Of a stretch of DNA of 64,000 nucleotides, positions 43,450-56,027 are shown one piece after another. The stretch's first letter is position 1. Every line of letters starts with the position of its first letter. Source of the DNA: Spizellomyces punctatus DAOM BR117. Lineage: Eukaryota. The notes under the pieces are model-generated. The model saw only the letters and a program-made list of their open reading frames with translations, was not told the DNA's origin and searched no databases. The translations under genes and the position numbers were made by a program. The DNA lies in NCBI GenBank assembly GCA_000182565.2, contig KQ257463.1; one strand, written 5' to 3'.

Positions 43450-45466
43450 ATGCCTTTCACCTCCCCGCCCCCACCAGGGATCTACCCAGCGCGTGCTACA
43501 TATTCTAAAGATGAGCTTCGTGCCGCATATGTGGGTCGGTCTGTTGAAGAGCTCCGGACCCCCGCCTTTGTAAGTCAAGCACACCATGCAGCCATTCGCC
43601 GCTATTAAAATACCCTAACTCAGTAGAATTCGATAGCTGGTGGATCGTGCAAAAGTAGAACAAAACGCAAAAGAATTAATTGACGCAGCAAAGGAGGCGG
43701 GCGTGGATGTTCGGGTGCATGTCAAGACACACAAGGTACGTCCAAAGGTAGCAGTCTTACCAGGCCAGAAGCATTTCTTGACTATGCTCTGATCTGATAT
43801 GGATGATGCGTTGATGGAGCGCACCATTGGCAGAGTTATAAGAGAGACGAGTTGTTTGTCTATGATGTTCTATACGACAACGTCTGGGGGTCTCAGATGT
43901 AATGTATCACGGTAATGATCGCTTGCATAGGGCTTTGGTTGCCCAAATGATGGTCATGATTCTTGAATTTGGTCCTTTTATATACAAAAAGATACATCAC
44001 AATCATAATATTGGTTCTCAAGACGTTAAAAACGCGGTTGTCTAATGTGAATATCATTAATCCATTTGAACAGACGATTGAAGGCGCACTACTTCAACTC
44101 GGCGATTCTCTCAGTTCGATAATTGTCAGTACTTTGGCAGAAGCACGGTACTTTGCCAACAGTGGCTTGTTTCAAGATGTATGTGTCTATTGTGGGTTTT
44201 AGCATTCAACTGTTTGGCACCTGTTCTGATTATCACAACAAGATTTTGTATGCCGTACCATTGTCTCCCGACAAGATTCAAGAAGTTCACCAAGTGTCAC
44301 AACGGATTGAAAAGTTCCATGTCATGGTCGACAATGACGTTATCATTGATGCGTTAGAGCGATATGCTATTGCGGTGGGTCCCACAGCCACATCGGCAGT
44401 TAATCCGAGCAGTGCTGTATCACAAGGGCGCGCTGCGCTAGATCCTGCTAAGCCGATGTTCAGGGCTTTCCTAAAGATTGACACCGGATACGGGTAGGTT
44501 TTCTTCGCTTAGGTATGATTTAGGTCTCTGCGATGATGAATCTTCCGCTGTCATAGCCGAGCAGGAGTACCTTCGACAACGTCCAACGCAATATCTCTTG
44601 CGTCGCGGCTCCACAGATCTGCCCATATATGTTTCTCTGGCCTTTATAGCCATAGTGGACATTCGTACGAAGCAGCAGACGTCGCTGGTGCTCTCGCAAC
44701 AGCCAAGGAAGAAGCTCGCCTGACACTGGCTCTAGCTCAGGAGCTTCGATCAATCGGTATAACTGCCCCTGTCGCAAGCGTGGGTGCAACTCCTAGTGTC
44801 AAAGCGCTGTTGGAAATGGCCGGCGCAGGACGAGAAGCAATATCAGAGGCAAGATTAGGCACAGTTGGCGATGCGCTTATGAAAGAAGCCGGGGAGCTCG
44901 CAAATGACGTGGCAGCATCCGCCCTCCCAGACGACGAACAAGATGAAAAGAAGCACAAGGGCGGTTCAGATCAATCAGCTATCGGGGATGCGGCCTTGGT
45001 TGAAAATCCGACACATAACGATTTCAAACTTGAAGTACATCTCGGAAACTATATTTTTCTGGATATCCAGCAAATATCTGGTATGCCCTGGCCGATTTCG
45101 CGATGCGCGGCAACGATCCTATCCCGTGTTTTGAGTCAATATCCCCATCGGAATGAGGTTCTCATTGATGCGGGCGCGTTAGCTCTCAGCAAAGACGGTC
45201 CAGGAGCACGCGGTGCTAAGCTATATCCTGGATACGGCGTTTTAGCTGGCGATTATCTCGCACATAGAACTGTTAGTCGAGTCAGTCAAGAACATGGAGT
45301 TGTGGCGGGTCTTAGTCCGGAGGAAATTGAAGCATTCCTTGAGATTGGTACAACAGTGGAGATTGTACCGAATCATGCCTGTCTGGCCGCAGCAAATTTT
45401 GAATGGTATTATATTGTAGAGGAAGGGAAGGTGGTCGACGTCTGGGTGCCCTGTCGATCATGGTAA
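43450..45466 (+). CDS. DSD1: D-serine dehydratase (fold-type III PLP, Zn-dependent; DSD1 family)
   Basis: LRTPAFLVDR, RVHVKTHK (PLP lysine), VSTLAEA, FLKIDTGYGRAG, YSHSGHSY, VGATP, GNYIFLD, DAGALALSKD, SQEHG, IVPNHACL. Confidence 0.92.
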
Positions 45467-45517
45467 TCTTTTGGTCAATCGGCCGCAAGTGTACCGCAGA
45501 TATACTGTAACCCTAAT

Positions 45518-48204
45518 CTATAATTTGGCCATCTGCACATCCCCTACACTTTTAACTAGTCGGAGTCTAGCGAAGTCTTTTCCCCCATGGACAGCTGTGC
45601 TTACTGCCCACTCGAGTGTCTGATCCACCGGCTCCATCACTGCAATCGTCCCGTCCAGCAGGTACAATTGGTTGTTTGTCTCGATTTCCGGGAGGACGTA
45701 ATTGTAATTCACCATGATGCCATAAGATTGGCTCAACCCTTTCTCTGCAAAAGCGATGACAACAAGTATCAGAGGCAAGATATCAAAGAGTGCCCTAAGG
45801 AATATGAAACACCTGACGTATCTCCCATCCAATTGAGTCTGTGCATGCAGGCTCCATTGCGGATATGAAAGTTGCCTGGAAGTCGAAGTCAGCAACCACC
45901 TGGAACGCTGGTTTCCGCATATATCAAGATCAACTTACAAACGGGGTCCAGAGCAAATGATCGCTTCTTTTCAAACAGGAGATATCTAGGAAACCGGCAT
46001 GAGGACCTGCGTTTCATTCCTTAGGTCACCGCAACCCTTGCTTACCGTGCGCATAATCGTAAGAGGATCGGCTTCAGAGTTTGGGATACGTTAGGGTCTT
46101 TATACCACGAGTTACCAGCCAAAATGTTCTGTAAACCGCAGGTTTTGTGATTAATGGCTTCAAGGATCAGCATCTATCACAATGCCAACCTTAAGAATTA
46201 AGATATCATCGTCTGCAGCCCCCTTTCCCATCAGGCTTCTGAGTGCCTCAACTTCCTCCCCTAACAATAACGAGTCGCCCGATGGAACATTTCCACCGTT
46301 CAATCTCGTTTCCAGCCATTGGCGAAATCTGGGAATCGGTGATAACGTGCAAAACGTTTCGATGCTAGGTAAGACTTGCTGTATTTCCTTGACCACGCGT
46401 TTAATAAGAAAGTTGCCAAGATCGACTCCAGAGAGACCTATCAGAAGGCGATCAGTAATTGTCACAGAGCTTTATGTTGAGAACTAAATGTAGATCACGC
46501 ACACCTCTTTGAGAGGATGAGATAGAATAGAATATGGCTACCGTTGGATCGGGCACCTCGGGAGACGGATCGTTGAGTATGACCTAAGGGGTTATAGTCA
46601 GAAGGTCATCGCATTGGCTATGGAGGTTAGCTTCCGGTACTCACTTGCACATCTTCGGCAATCTCTCTCACCAGTGCCACCTGGAAACCTCAATTGTCAA
46701 TAAGCCATCATTCAACCTAGAATCGAGGGAGCTTACTTGGACGAATGTCAATGGCTCCTGCGGCATGCCTCTGTGGAAGAAGGAGTAGCACAGTCTTCCG
46801 GGTCCTAGACGCTGCTTCAAGGCTTGCCACGTCGGAACAGCGTGCACAGCTTCATATCGGACGATCTGGAGTACATGTTTTCGTTGTTAAGCCCATCTGA
46901 CACGCGACAAGGTACATGCTGCAAGTGACCTTCTCAAGTACAGTGGCTGGGCTATTCCATGTAATCCTCTCCAGGTCCAGGAATCCAATTCCGAACCATC
47001 CTTGCAATTGGGTCTTGAGAGAATCACTCAAGCCACGGAGATATGGGTCGTTTCCATTGCGCCCTAGGATTTCCTAAGTTCCATGTTAAGCACGTTAACG
47101 CGCAACCCACATGTACCCATAGAACTCCTACCAGCACATTTGCCCGCATATTGACAAGGAACTGCATTCCTCCAGGTAGCTGGTTTATCCGTTCAAAAAA
47201 TTTCTCGTAAAGAGGCTGTAGCGATTGCCGTAATATCTCTTCAGTTCGCATAAAACCCTTATCGCCTTTACCCTGCGAATGCAGCCAATGGATGAAGTTC
47301 AATTTCTGACACAGCAAGATCCGAGCTATATTCTTACCGCGGATCTAGCATCAAGATACTTATGGGCAGCAGCAGCAACCGCTTCCCGGTTGACATCTTC
47401 GCCATCAAGTATGAGATATGAATGCCTGAAGCCGAGGTATTGCGAGCACCTACCGAAATCCCGTCCCAAAATCCTAAGAAAGTTCGCTCGCCCTGCCTAT
47501 GCAGGCCATCAGCATTACCGCAGAGTTCTCCTGCAACTGTTTTGCTCACCAAATCCAGCCCTTCGTAAAATTCGCAGCATTGGCGCGCCAGTAGACTTGG
47601 TAAGATGTCGCCCTGCTCCCTACGAGTGGATATGGTACGCCGGAGCAGCCTCCGTATATCATGGTCATCTTGCACACTTAAGTTGGCATGGTCTGCCATT
47701 GAATCTGATGGTGTTTCTCCTCCACTATCGGTGGGATGCCCGAGCGTATACGATCCTAAAGCCATGCCATTACTAACGCGCGATCACAAATTATCCATCA
47801 GAGCGCTGGCATACCTGGTTCCCGGGAGAACTTCATTACGTCGTCCCAGTAGTTTGTCACAACCGTACTGGCAAGTTGTGGTATGGGCTGGGCTGATTCT
47901 GTGCGTTTAAAGCGCTTCGCACTAGCAGAGTCTGTGGTTTGTCTTGAAGTGACGACCCTCTAATAAGAAAAATATCAGACTTACAACTGAGCATCCCTAA
48001 CTCTTTCGCGGATTAGATGTGAGGGTATCCACCTCCGTCTCATAGATAGCACACCTTTCCCTTAACTTCGCCGGGGTGGAATTGACGTCCAGCGAATGGC
48101 TGAAAGTTGATGAGTTGTGAGTAGCAAGTCGGCTGCCACCTTCTCAATCCTGGCGTCGCAAAAGAAAGAACAATTCTGGCAGGCGCAGACAAAGGACGGA
48201 GCAT
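45518..48204 (-). CDS. MLYCD: Malonyl-CoA decarboxylase with a mitochondrial presequence and C-terminal PTS1 (AKL)
   Basis: LERITWNSPA..LEK...YEAVHAV..W..LK.RLGPGR.CY.FFH, AIFYSISS.Q.GLSGVDLGNFLIKRVV, TLSPIP.FRQWL, DPVCNFHIRNGA...RLNWMGD, SYGIMVNY. The protein ends QMAKL*. Confidence 0.93.
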
Positions 48205-48463
48205 TTGAATAGGTTGTTGGCAGTCGTGTGATGGCGATGAGCTCAACAGAGCATGTCGATGTCGGCTGGGATTCCGACAACACACGTGTCAGTCATTTGC
48301 TTAATTAGGCATCATGTGCAATATAACCTTTTTTGGTGAGATGGCATAAGCCAAGATCAACGTCCTTGGGGCTTTTTGCCAGGTGTCATTTCTACAATTC
48401 TTTCGCATCTGCTCAAGACAATATATGTGACAAGGGTTGATCGTCCACGCTAACGAGCAAGGA

Positions 48464-50045
48464 ATGCCTCCAACTACTTTGACTTTCAAGTTTCCACCCG
48501 AACTTCAAGGACTTTTGATAGGAATAGATGGCTCCAATATCAAATCTCTTCAAAACCAGAGGAACATATCCGTCACCCTTCCAAAGACTCGGGGAGTGAT
48601 CACGCTTTCAGGTCAAGCAGATGATGTCAAGAGCGCTCAGGAAGCCATTTTGCATCGACTGTTTCGTAAGAGACTTCGGCACCCTATGTATGGATTTGTC
48701 GTTCAGATGCCTAAAGATGGAAAGGTTGAGTTTGTACCTATTAATGAAACGGAAGCGCAAGTTCAAGTGAGCAATGATGAGGATGACGATGGTATAGATG
48801 AAAGTTTTACGGCGACGGCAATGGGAACCCGCGAGGACAATGTTGCAGAAGGATTTTATGTTTTGCGCTTCCTCAATAAGGACGGAACGAGTGCTTCACC
48901 AACGGAGTCGCCGGACCTAAAGAATTTATCGTTTCGAACACCTGGGGGCGCAGGCAAACAGGGACGGCCACTCGTTGAGCTACTTGACGCCAGCGATGCC
49001 ACAAGTTTCTGGTCTTATATCACGCACACGCTCTGCAATGATATCAAACGCTCCCAGACTGCATTTGACGGGGCTATGACGGATAAAACAATACTCCAAG
49101 CGTTCTGCTTATCCAAAACTCTCGTATTTCGAATCCAGCGCTCGCTTCTTGGACAGAAACTGTCGTTTTGGGAGTTTAAAAGTGCCATGGCAGAAGGAAG
49201 TGCTCGGCCCTTTGAAGCCGTGTACTCGCCGAAGAACGTGATAGAGCCTATCAGGGAAAGATTCATACAACCACTTGGTTCTACGGTGAGAAGATCACAT
49301 AGCAAAGTCACACTGCAAGGTTGGCGCCGCTACGAGAACAATGCATGGGACAAGTGGGTGCATCAGGTACAAAGCCGATACTTGAGTTTTGTTCATTGTG
49401 GGGGAATCTCACTTATGCTCAACGCATCAGCTTGCGATTCCACTCGAAGATGACGCTAACGTGCTCATTCTTCCCTGCAAGTTCTTTTTGGAAGCCGCTG
49501 TCAATAAACGTCGCTGCTTTATCGTCACACCAGATCTCCCTCTCGGTCTTGCAGTCCAACTCGTTATTCAGCCTGCGGCTACCCCTATTGACTCTCCTAT
49601 TCTGCAAAACTACCTAGCAGATCTCTTTAACACAATTTGGCGCCAACCACCAACAACGTCGATGCCTGACTACAGATACCTTCCAGCTCTGCCCCCCAAC
49701 AGATGGTCTGAGGTAGTCAACATAGGGTCGGGAGTCCGAAATATCCAGCACCCTTCAGCAAACAGTGGAAGGCCTTTTGCTGCTCTTCCATTTTGGGTAC
49801 GAACTGTGGATGTTTGGGAAAAAAGGACTGGATGCGAAAGTATGAAAATTGAACACAATGGAGATAATATACTTTTTATGATTGGGATGCGAGGACGAGA
49901 TGGGACCGTAGGAGAGATTAATGCTGGGACCAAGAAGGAATCTGCAAAACGTATTCAATCTTTGATTGCGAATGTCCTGGACCTATTTACATACAAATCA
50001 GCATATGGCACCGAAGAGAATGCCAACAAAACCGATGAGACATAG
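48464..50045 (+). CDS. Uncharacterised protein with an N-terminal type I KH domain
   Basis: FKFPPELQGLLIGIDGSNIKSLQ...SVTLP....VITLSGQADDVKSAQEAI is a KH domain with a GxxG loop. One intron (about 49366-49430) joins the two ORFs. Confidence 0.75.
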
Positions 50046-50258
50046 GAGGCGTATCATGAAGCACGGTTTGTTCATTAATGCAACGATGTGTGGACTGGAA
50101 TGGCGAAGGTGAAGGCGTATCTGTACCAATATACATAATTTCATAGCATTTTTTACTTGCATTATACCAGGTATGAGATTGTTTGTAATGTACTTGTGTG
50201 GCTGGAATTCGGCTTTCATTACTTTCAAACACATATAAAATCATATATCTCAAATTGA

Positions 50259-53200
50259 TTACTGAGTATTTGCAACGGACATTGCTGCTGCGGCTGCTGC
50301 AGCTGCATTCTCTTCGTTCTTCTTCTTCACCCATACGTCATACTCCACTCGAATCCTCGCAGATCGTAGCCGGGCATCAGAAATATCTTCCATCTCAGAA
50401 CCGCTTTTGTCAGGGAGCGGCGGATTACTTTCCGCTCCTACGTTTGAGGGTGTTGGTGTACTGCCATCTTGCCCTACATGATTCAGCTCCTTTTCAGGTT
50501 GTACAGTTCCCTGCCTCTGAACACCGCGTTTTCTACTAGGGTCGCGACCATGCTCTACACCTGCTGCACGCAAGTCTCTGTCCAAAGAGTCAATTAGGGA
50601 ACCCGCTTCTCGTAGGTCGCGGTCCAGGTTTGCTAGCACGGAGCGTTGCCGGTCGGGTGCTCCACGTGGTTTGCGGAATACGGCAGGAAGTTTACTGGAA
50701 AACAGGAGGCATTTCTAAGGATAAGATGGGATTCAAGCAAGTTGCTTGCATAGTTTACCTTCTACTCGTGTCAGCTGCTTCGGAATTTGACTCCGGTGGA
50801 CGATCCGCTGTTTTGCTGGTTCTGCTGATTGATGAGCCTCGATCATTATACCATTAGCCAGATACTCTATGCTGACCTTTTCTCAGCAGTTGGGGTAACA
50901 TCCTTTGCTTTGCTCCGAGCCGCAACCGTCGTTCTACAGTGAGTATGATTAATCATCGAGGAAGAATATGCAGAGAACAAATAATCTATCACTACCGTGC
51001 GTAATTTTCAGTGTGCTCTGGTTTCTGCTCTGTTGCTTGTTTCGACTTGGAGGCCGTGACTGGCTTTCGCTGCAAAATGGCAACAGTTCTCAGCAAAAGA
51101 GGCAATATAGGAAAAGATTGGACTTGCATGAATACCTTTGCTTCCGCAACCAATGGTGACTTCGCTGATTTTGCCTCTGAGCCCTTGACATCATGGTTTC
51201 TGCTGGGAGATGGATCGGCGTGACTCCTGATCGGACTCTCTGGCCCTCTACCCGGCGAATTTGATGCTATTCCCGTTCGTTTGCTTCCCTGGTTCATCCT
51301 AAGCACCCTCCTTGCTGCACTCTTAAAGCTCCTACGTTCTCTCCCTCGTACGGGCGAACCTTCATCCTCTTCTCCAGCCAAACCACCAAATTGATTCCTC
51401 AAATGCGTGAACTGCTGCCTCATTGCTTCAGCGTCACGATCCATCTTTTGCTTGGCCTTGGACTCCCGCTCTAGCTGTTTCAGCATTGACGAAATGGTGT
51501 CCTCCATTTTGCGTTTTTCAGCATCAGCTTCTTTTAGCTTCTTCCGGAGGAACAGCATGTCGTTTGTGCGCTGATACGTGGATCCCGAAGGACTTTCTTT
51601 TCTATGGGCTACAGGACGTGGATAATTGGGCGATCATTGTTAATACCTGGCACCCGATATTATTTTTCACAATATACGTACGCTTGGATTCATATTCCTT
51701 GATACGTGCAGCTAGTACCCTGTTCTCTTCCTGCAGCTTTTGATACTTGTCTCTCTCAATTTTAAGAGTTTTTGTGAACTGGTATCGAAGATTGAGGTTT
51801 GCCTGCAGAATCCAGGAATGTACACAATGATTCAGTCACAAAGGCGACATCCATTAGCGCCGTCTTGACCAACCTCAACGGACGTCGGGACTGTGCTGGT
51901 AATTTTGGGTAAAGGCTTTGCCCTCTCAACTTCCCTGGCCACCCTCTTTTTCAAAGAGGTTACCTGCCGATGTAGTTCAGTCTTCTCTCCTCGTAGTTTT
52001 CTGATCTCTTCCTCCTCATCGTTCAGCTTTAAACTCAGTATTTGTATTTTCTCATCTTGAGGTATACTCGGGTCGGCTACAATTGCCTCACTACCTCGCC
52101 GTCGCGGTTGTGTGGAGCATAACTTTGCCGCTTCAACTTCTGCCGCTAATGTCTGAAGGGTCCTCAGCAATGTCTCCATTGTACGTCCCGCAGACTTTTT
52201 CTGGGCCCGTGCACGGAGGATGGGAATTGTTGATTTTCTGAACGTGACTCGTCGTTGTGCTGATCCTCGTGGGCGGTTTCGTGTTGAGCGGGATGGAGGT
52301 GTGCGTTGTGGGGTTCGTGGTGGGCTCTGGGTACTAAGACCGGGGGCCCTTGCTGTTACTTGTGGTGCCTGTTTGGCCTTCTTAGAATTTGGTTTGGTTT
52401 GACGGGATTGAGGGATTTGAGCTGCATCTGTTGTCTGTGGATCTTTCAAGGTTGCTGCGTTCTCCTTCGTATTCGAAGCGGCGGGCGTTGGAAGTTGCTT
52501 TGTGTTGTCATCGACCTGGGTAAGTTCCTTGGGCATACCAGTCTCCCCTGGAATGTCGGTCATTTTAGAACTTGCTGGCAACTCTACTTCATCTGGGAAC
52601 GCTCCAGCATCTGAGAGAGGTGTCCGTGAATTCCCACTACGGTCGCCGCTAAAGGGGGCCTTTCCCCGGCCAGACCGGGCACCACTTCGCCCACCTTTTG
52701 ATTTTGATGGTTTTGGAGACATTTGCCCTTGTTCTGTCACTATTGGTTGTTCCACGGATTTGATACCGACTGTGTTCGTAAGGTCTTTCTGGTTGGCAGG
52801 CTGTATGGGCGTATCTCCTATTTCAGGTTTGGTTGGTCCGTCCTCATTGGAAGGTCGATTGTCTTGGGGCATTTCTATCGTTCGAATTGGTCTCTCATCG
52901 TGAACGGATTTGACTTCTCTTTCATCGGGTCGGAGTATATCTCGGTTGCTAGAGTCAGGCTGAGGTAGTTTGTTATCCTCTGTCCCTGGAATGGGCAGCT
53001 CTTCATTCGCAGGCCGATTTGAAGTGCTCTCCGTGATTGATCTGGTTTCACCATCGAAGCCAGGTCTCTCGCTGACCGCGGGGGTACTCGCAGTAGATAT
53101 GTTGTCTGACTCTGCGGTTTTCTTTCCTTTGCTTTTGAACAGGGAAAATCCTTTTGATGCTTTGCTTTGCGTCCCCGCTGAGTAATAGATAGTGCATCAT

Positions 53201-53477
53201 GCATGAGGTTAGCATCTGTTTGTCCCGCTGCCGATATTCACGCATACCTGAGTGCCCCGGTTCTGGTGTGGGGACATTATCATTGTCGCCAACGAGGTCG
53301 CCTGTTGATATGAGTGAATCTTTTGCTTTTCGTGGGTTGGTAACGTCCTCTACACCAACCTTGCTTTAGATCTTCTGGATCTTCCTTCTCTGCTCTCTGT
53401 TTGGCCTTCTTTCCTTTTTTCTGCACTTTGTGCTGTTCGTCTGGAACACTCGTCCCATTTTCTTCCTTTCCTCGCAT
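50259..53477 (-). CDS. Uncharacterised multi-exon coiled-coil / low-complexity protein
   Basis: A chain of minus-strand ORFs with GT-AG junctions (53477 start, 52872-51832, 51558-50992, 50639-50259). It contains heptad-rich segments and a C-terminal poly-Ala. Exon boundaries are partly uncertain. Confidence 0.65.
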
Positions 53478-55395
53478 GACAATTTGGTGAAGTCAAAGTG
53501 CTAATGGCTCTATAATCAACAGCTGTCGCCAAATCAGAAAATGCGGGTACTGATCTATGACAAGTAGCAGTCACCCTGAGTGTGCTAAAAATATTGCCAA
53601 AGAACATCTTTTATGTCATTTGACAACCCATATTGCATTCAAATTGGTTGACTGAACTGGCGGAGAATTAAGCGAACATGTTTGATCCCTAATAAAAACG
53701 GATCTATGAGGATATCGTGGTGCTATTTTATCCCTTGGAAAAAGGCAGCTGCATCCTTTCAATGGCCTGGTACCAAGCCTTTTTACTCAAATGCTATACT
53801 ATGGAATGCTTGCCATTTTAGACTAGCTGACTGTGACGGTGCATCAAAGTACCTCAATTGTGATGTTCTCATCCTTGATCTTTTGCAGGACGCTGTTCAT
53901 CAAGGCTGGCCTTTTATGATTCGTTGTGCCGAACATTAGGCCAAATCGATCTACCATAGCTGCTTGTTATCGTCCATCTTGGCTAGAAGCGGGCAACGCG
54001 GGACGTGGATTACGGTATGATTAGGTTATCCACCCCAAGTGCATTAACTCAATCTGGAAACCAGGGAAGATCTCCAAAGATTGACGCTGGTCGGTCTTCC
54101 CGCATTTTCCTTTAAAGCTTTTCGACAGCTGGTGTCTATTCCGAGTTTCAAGCGTATGTAGATCGGACAAGTTTCCTGCTTGTTATTAGTCCAAAAGCAT
54201 GTTATTTCCGTGTGTTATCGGCGCCAAGATCCAACCTGTCTCACGTCTATTTGGAACACAAGAGGACAGTTTAGATACTGAAGCGGTAAAGGAGGATTTG
54301 CAAGGTGTCACGCTAGGTTCTGAAGACATATCGTGTGTGTGGTTGCTTGGAAAAGGATTTGCAGCACAGCCGCTGGAATGAGCACGTTTCCTCTGCCGGT
54401 AACTTGTCTCTTCCAAAGTGTCTGACCGGAGGAAAACACGTTCTTAACTTGAAGGATGCACGCTGCGCATGCGGCTTTTTTCCGCGATTTCGGACGTGCG
54501 TGCTTTGGCACATGGCATCTAGTTAAGATGGAGTACATGTCATCAAACTCGCTGGATAGGTTGGTAATATGCATGAGGTTGCTGCCGGTATTTTGAAGGC
54601 GATTGGTCTGGAGCTCCTTGTCAGCGCCTTTTATCAGTCCTGTGTTCTCCTCATCCATTTCTGGGCCCCCCCCCCCATTTTTGGCGCCAACAGGATGATA
54701 GCTTTTCGTATCTCGCAAGCTTCTTTTTTGTTGCGGCCCGCCACCGATTAGACATGCTTCCACTTGCATGTTTTTTGTGCATCACGCTCCAAATTCGTTG
54801 CGCACTTTTGTTACTAGTCATCTGTTCATGGGCGGGAAAAACACACACAGTCTTGACGGCATGATAAGGGCGCATGAGGCTGAAAATTCGTTTTTTATCT
54901 GGCGAGATCAATAGTGTCCGACAGTCCCGGACAGTCACTTCCCGACATCTTGGCATCGTTGTTAATCTTATGTGAATTAAAATATGCCCAAAAGCGTTCA
55001 AGTCGTAGGAAATGGAGACATTACAATCGCCGCAAAAAGGTCCAGATTCATCATTGCACATATTATTTGCACCCATGACCATCAGATCTTTTTGCTGCCA
55101 ATCTACTCCCTTGTCCCCTTTGGCTTCCCTGAACCCTTTTTGCGGCAGGGCGCCCTCCACGGCATTGGTGAGCGCACAGAGCGTTCTTGCTCTCGGCCCC
55201 ATGACCATCCAGGGTGTGACGTCGGCGAAACCTACTTTGCTGTAATGAAAATGGGAAGGGACAAGGTATCGGCTGCAGGGATCACATCCTTGTTTGTCCA
55301 ACCCTTTTTCTGATGCCCGGCGAGACCCCTTCATCCTCCTGCCTTTCGCCTGAAATCCACCACCACCACAACCACCCAAGCCATCGCCATCCTAG

Positions 55396-55420
55396 CACAC
55401 ACACACACACAAAAAAAACA
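55396..55420 (+). repeat. (CA)n microsatellite followed by an A-run
   Basis: CACACACACACACAC then AAAAAAAA, read directly. Confidence 0.7.
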
Positions 55421-56027
55421 CCACAGACCCTCCGTGCACAACTCCCGCCAGGAGAGGGCGGACGGCCAGCGCGTGGAAGACGCGATGGACCAATGAAGCG
55501 ATACACATGCCATTCCATGGGCCTCCCTTTCATAGTTACGTGATGAAGGGGATAACAATTACCGTGGTCTCGGGCGCGCCAGGCCCTTCGAGGACGGGAT
55601 CACACTGGCACACCTCCTGCGAGCGGAACAAACCAACTGACGTTCTCCTCCAAGACTCGAGTGTCTCCTTTGGGCTGCCCACCAAAATGACAAAAGGTGG
55701 TGAAAAAGGCTCTAGAGATAGACTTGTCGCCCAGTTGTCTGCCCCCCCTTTAGTCTATCATCCTTTTGGCGATCAACTCTTTTGGGTCGATCGGGTTGCT
55801 CGTCCTTTTGCGGATAACCTACTGCGAGCGCCATTTCTTATATTCGTGCTCTTGGTTTGTCTCCGGTCCCCTGTCCTTCGTGCTCAAAAAGACTGCGTGT
55901 GTCTATCTTGCTTTCAAGGCATAAATATAGCCTTTTGGCCTTTAAAGTTCCCCCCCTCTCGCTTTGCATCTTTGGCGTGTCTCGCCACAAACTTTATCAA
56001 ATACCGGCGAATCTTTACCTAAATACG

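Noticed and set aside
54651-55379. 242-aa minus-strand ORF upstream of the homeobox gene
   Set aside because: Non-ATG start, begins and ends in simple repeats, and has no domain-like pattern.
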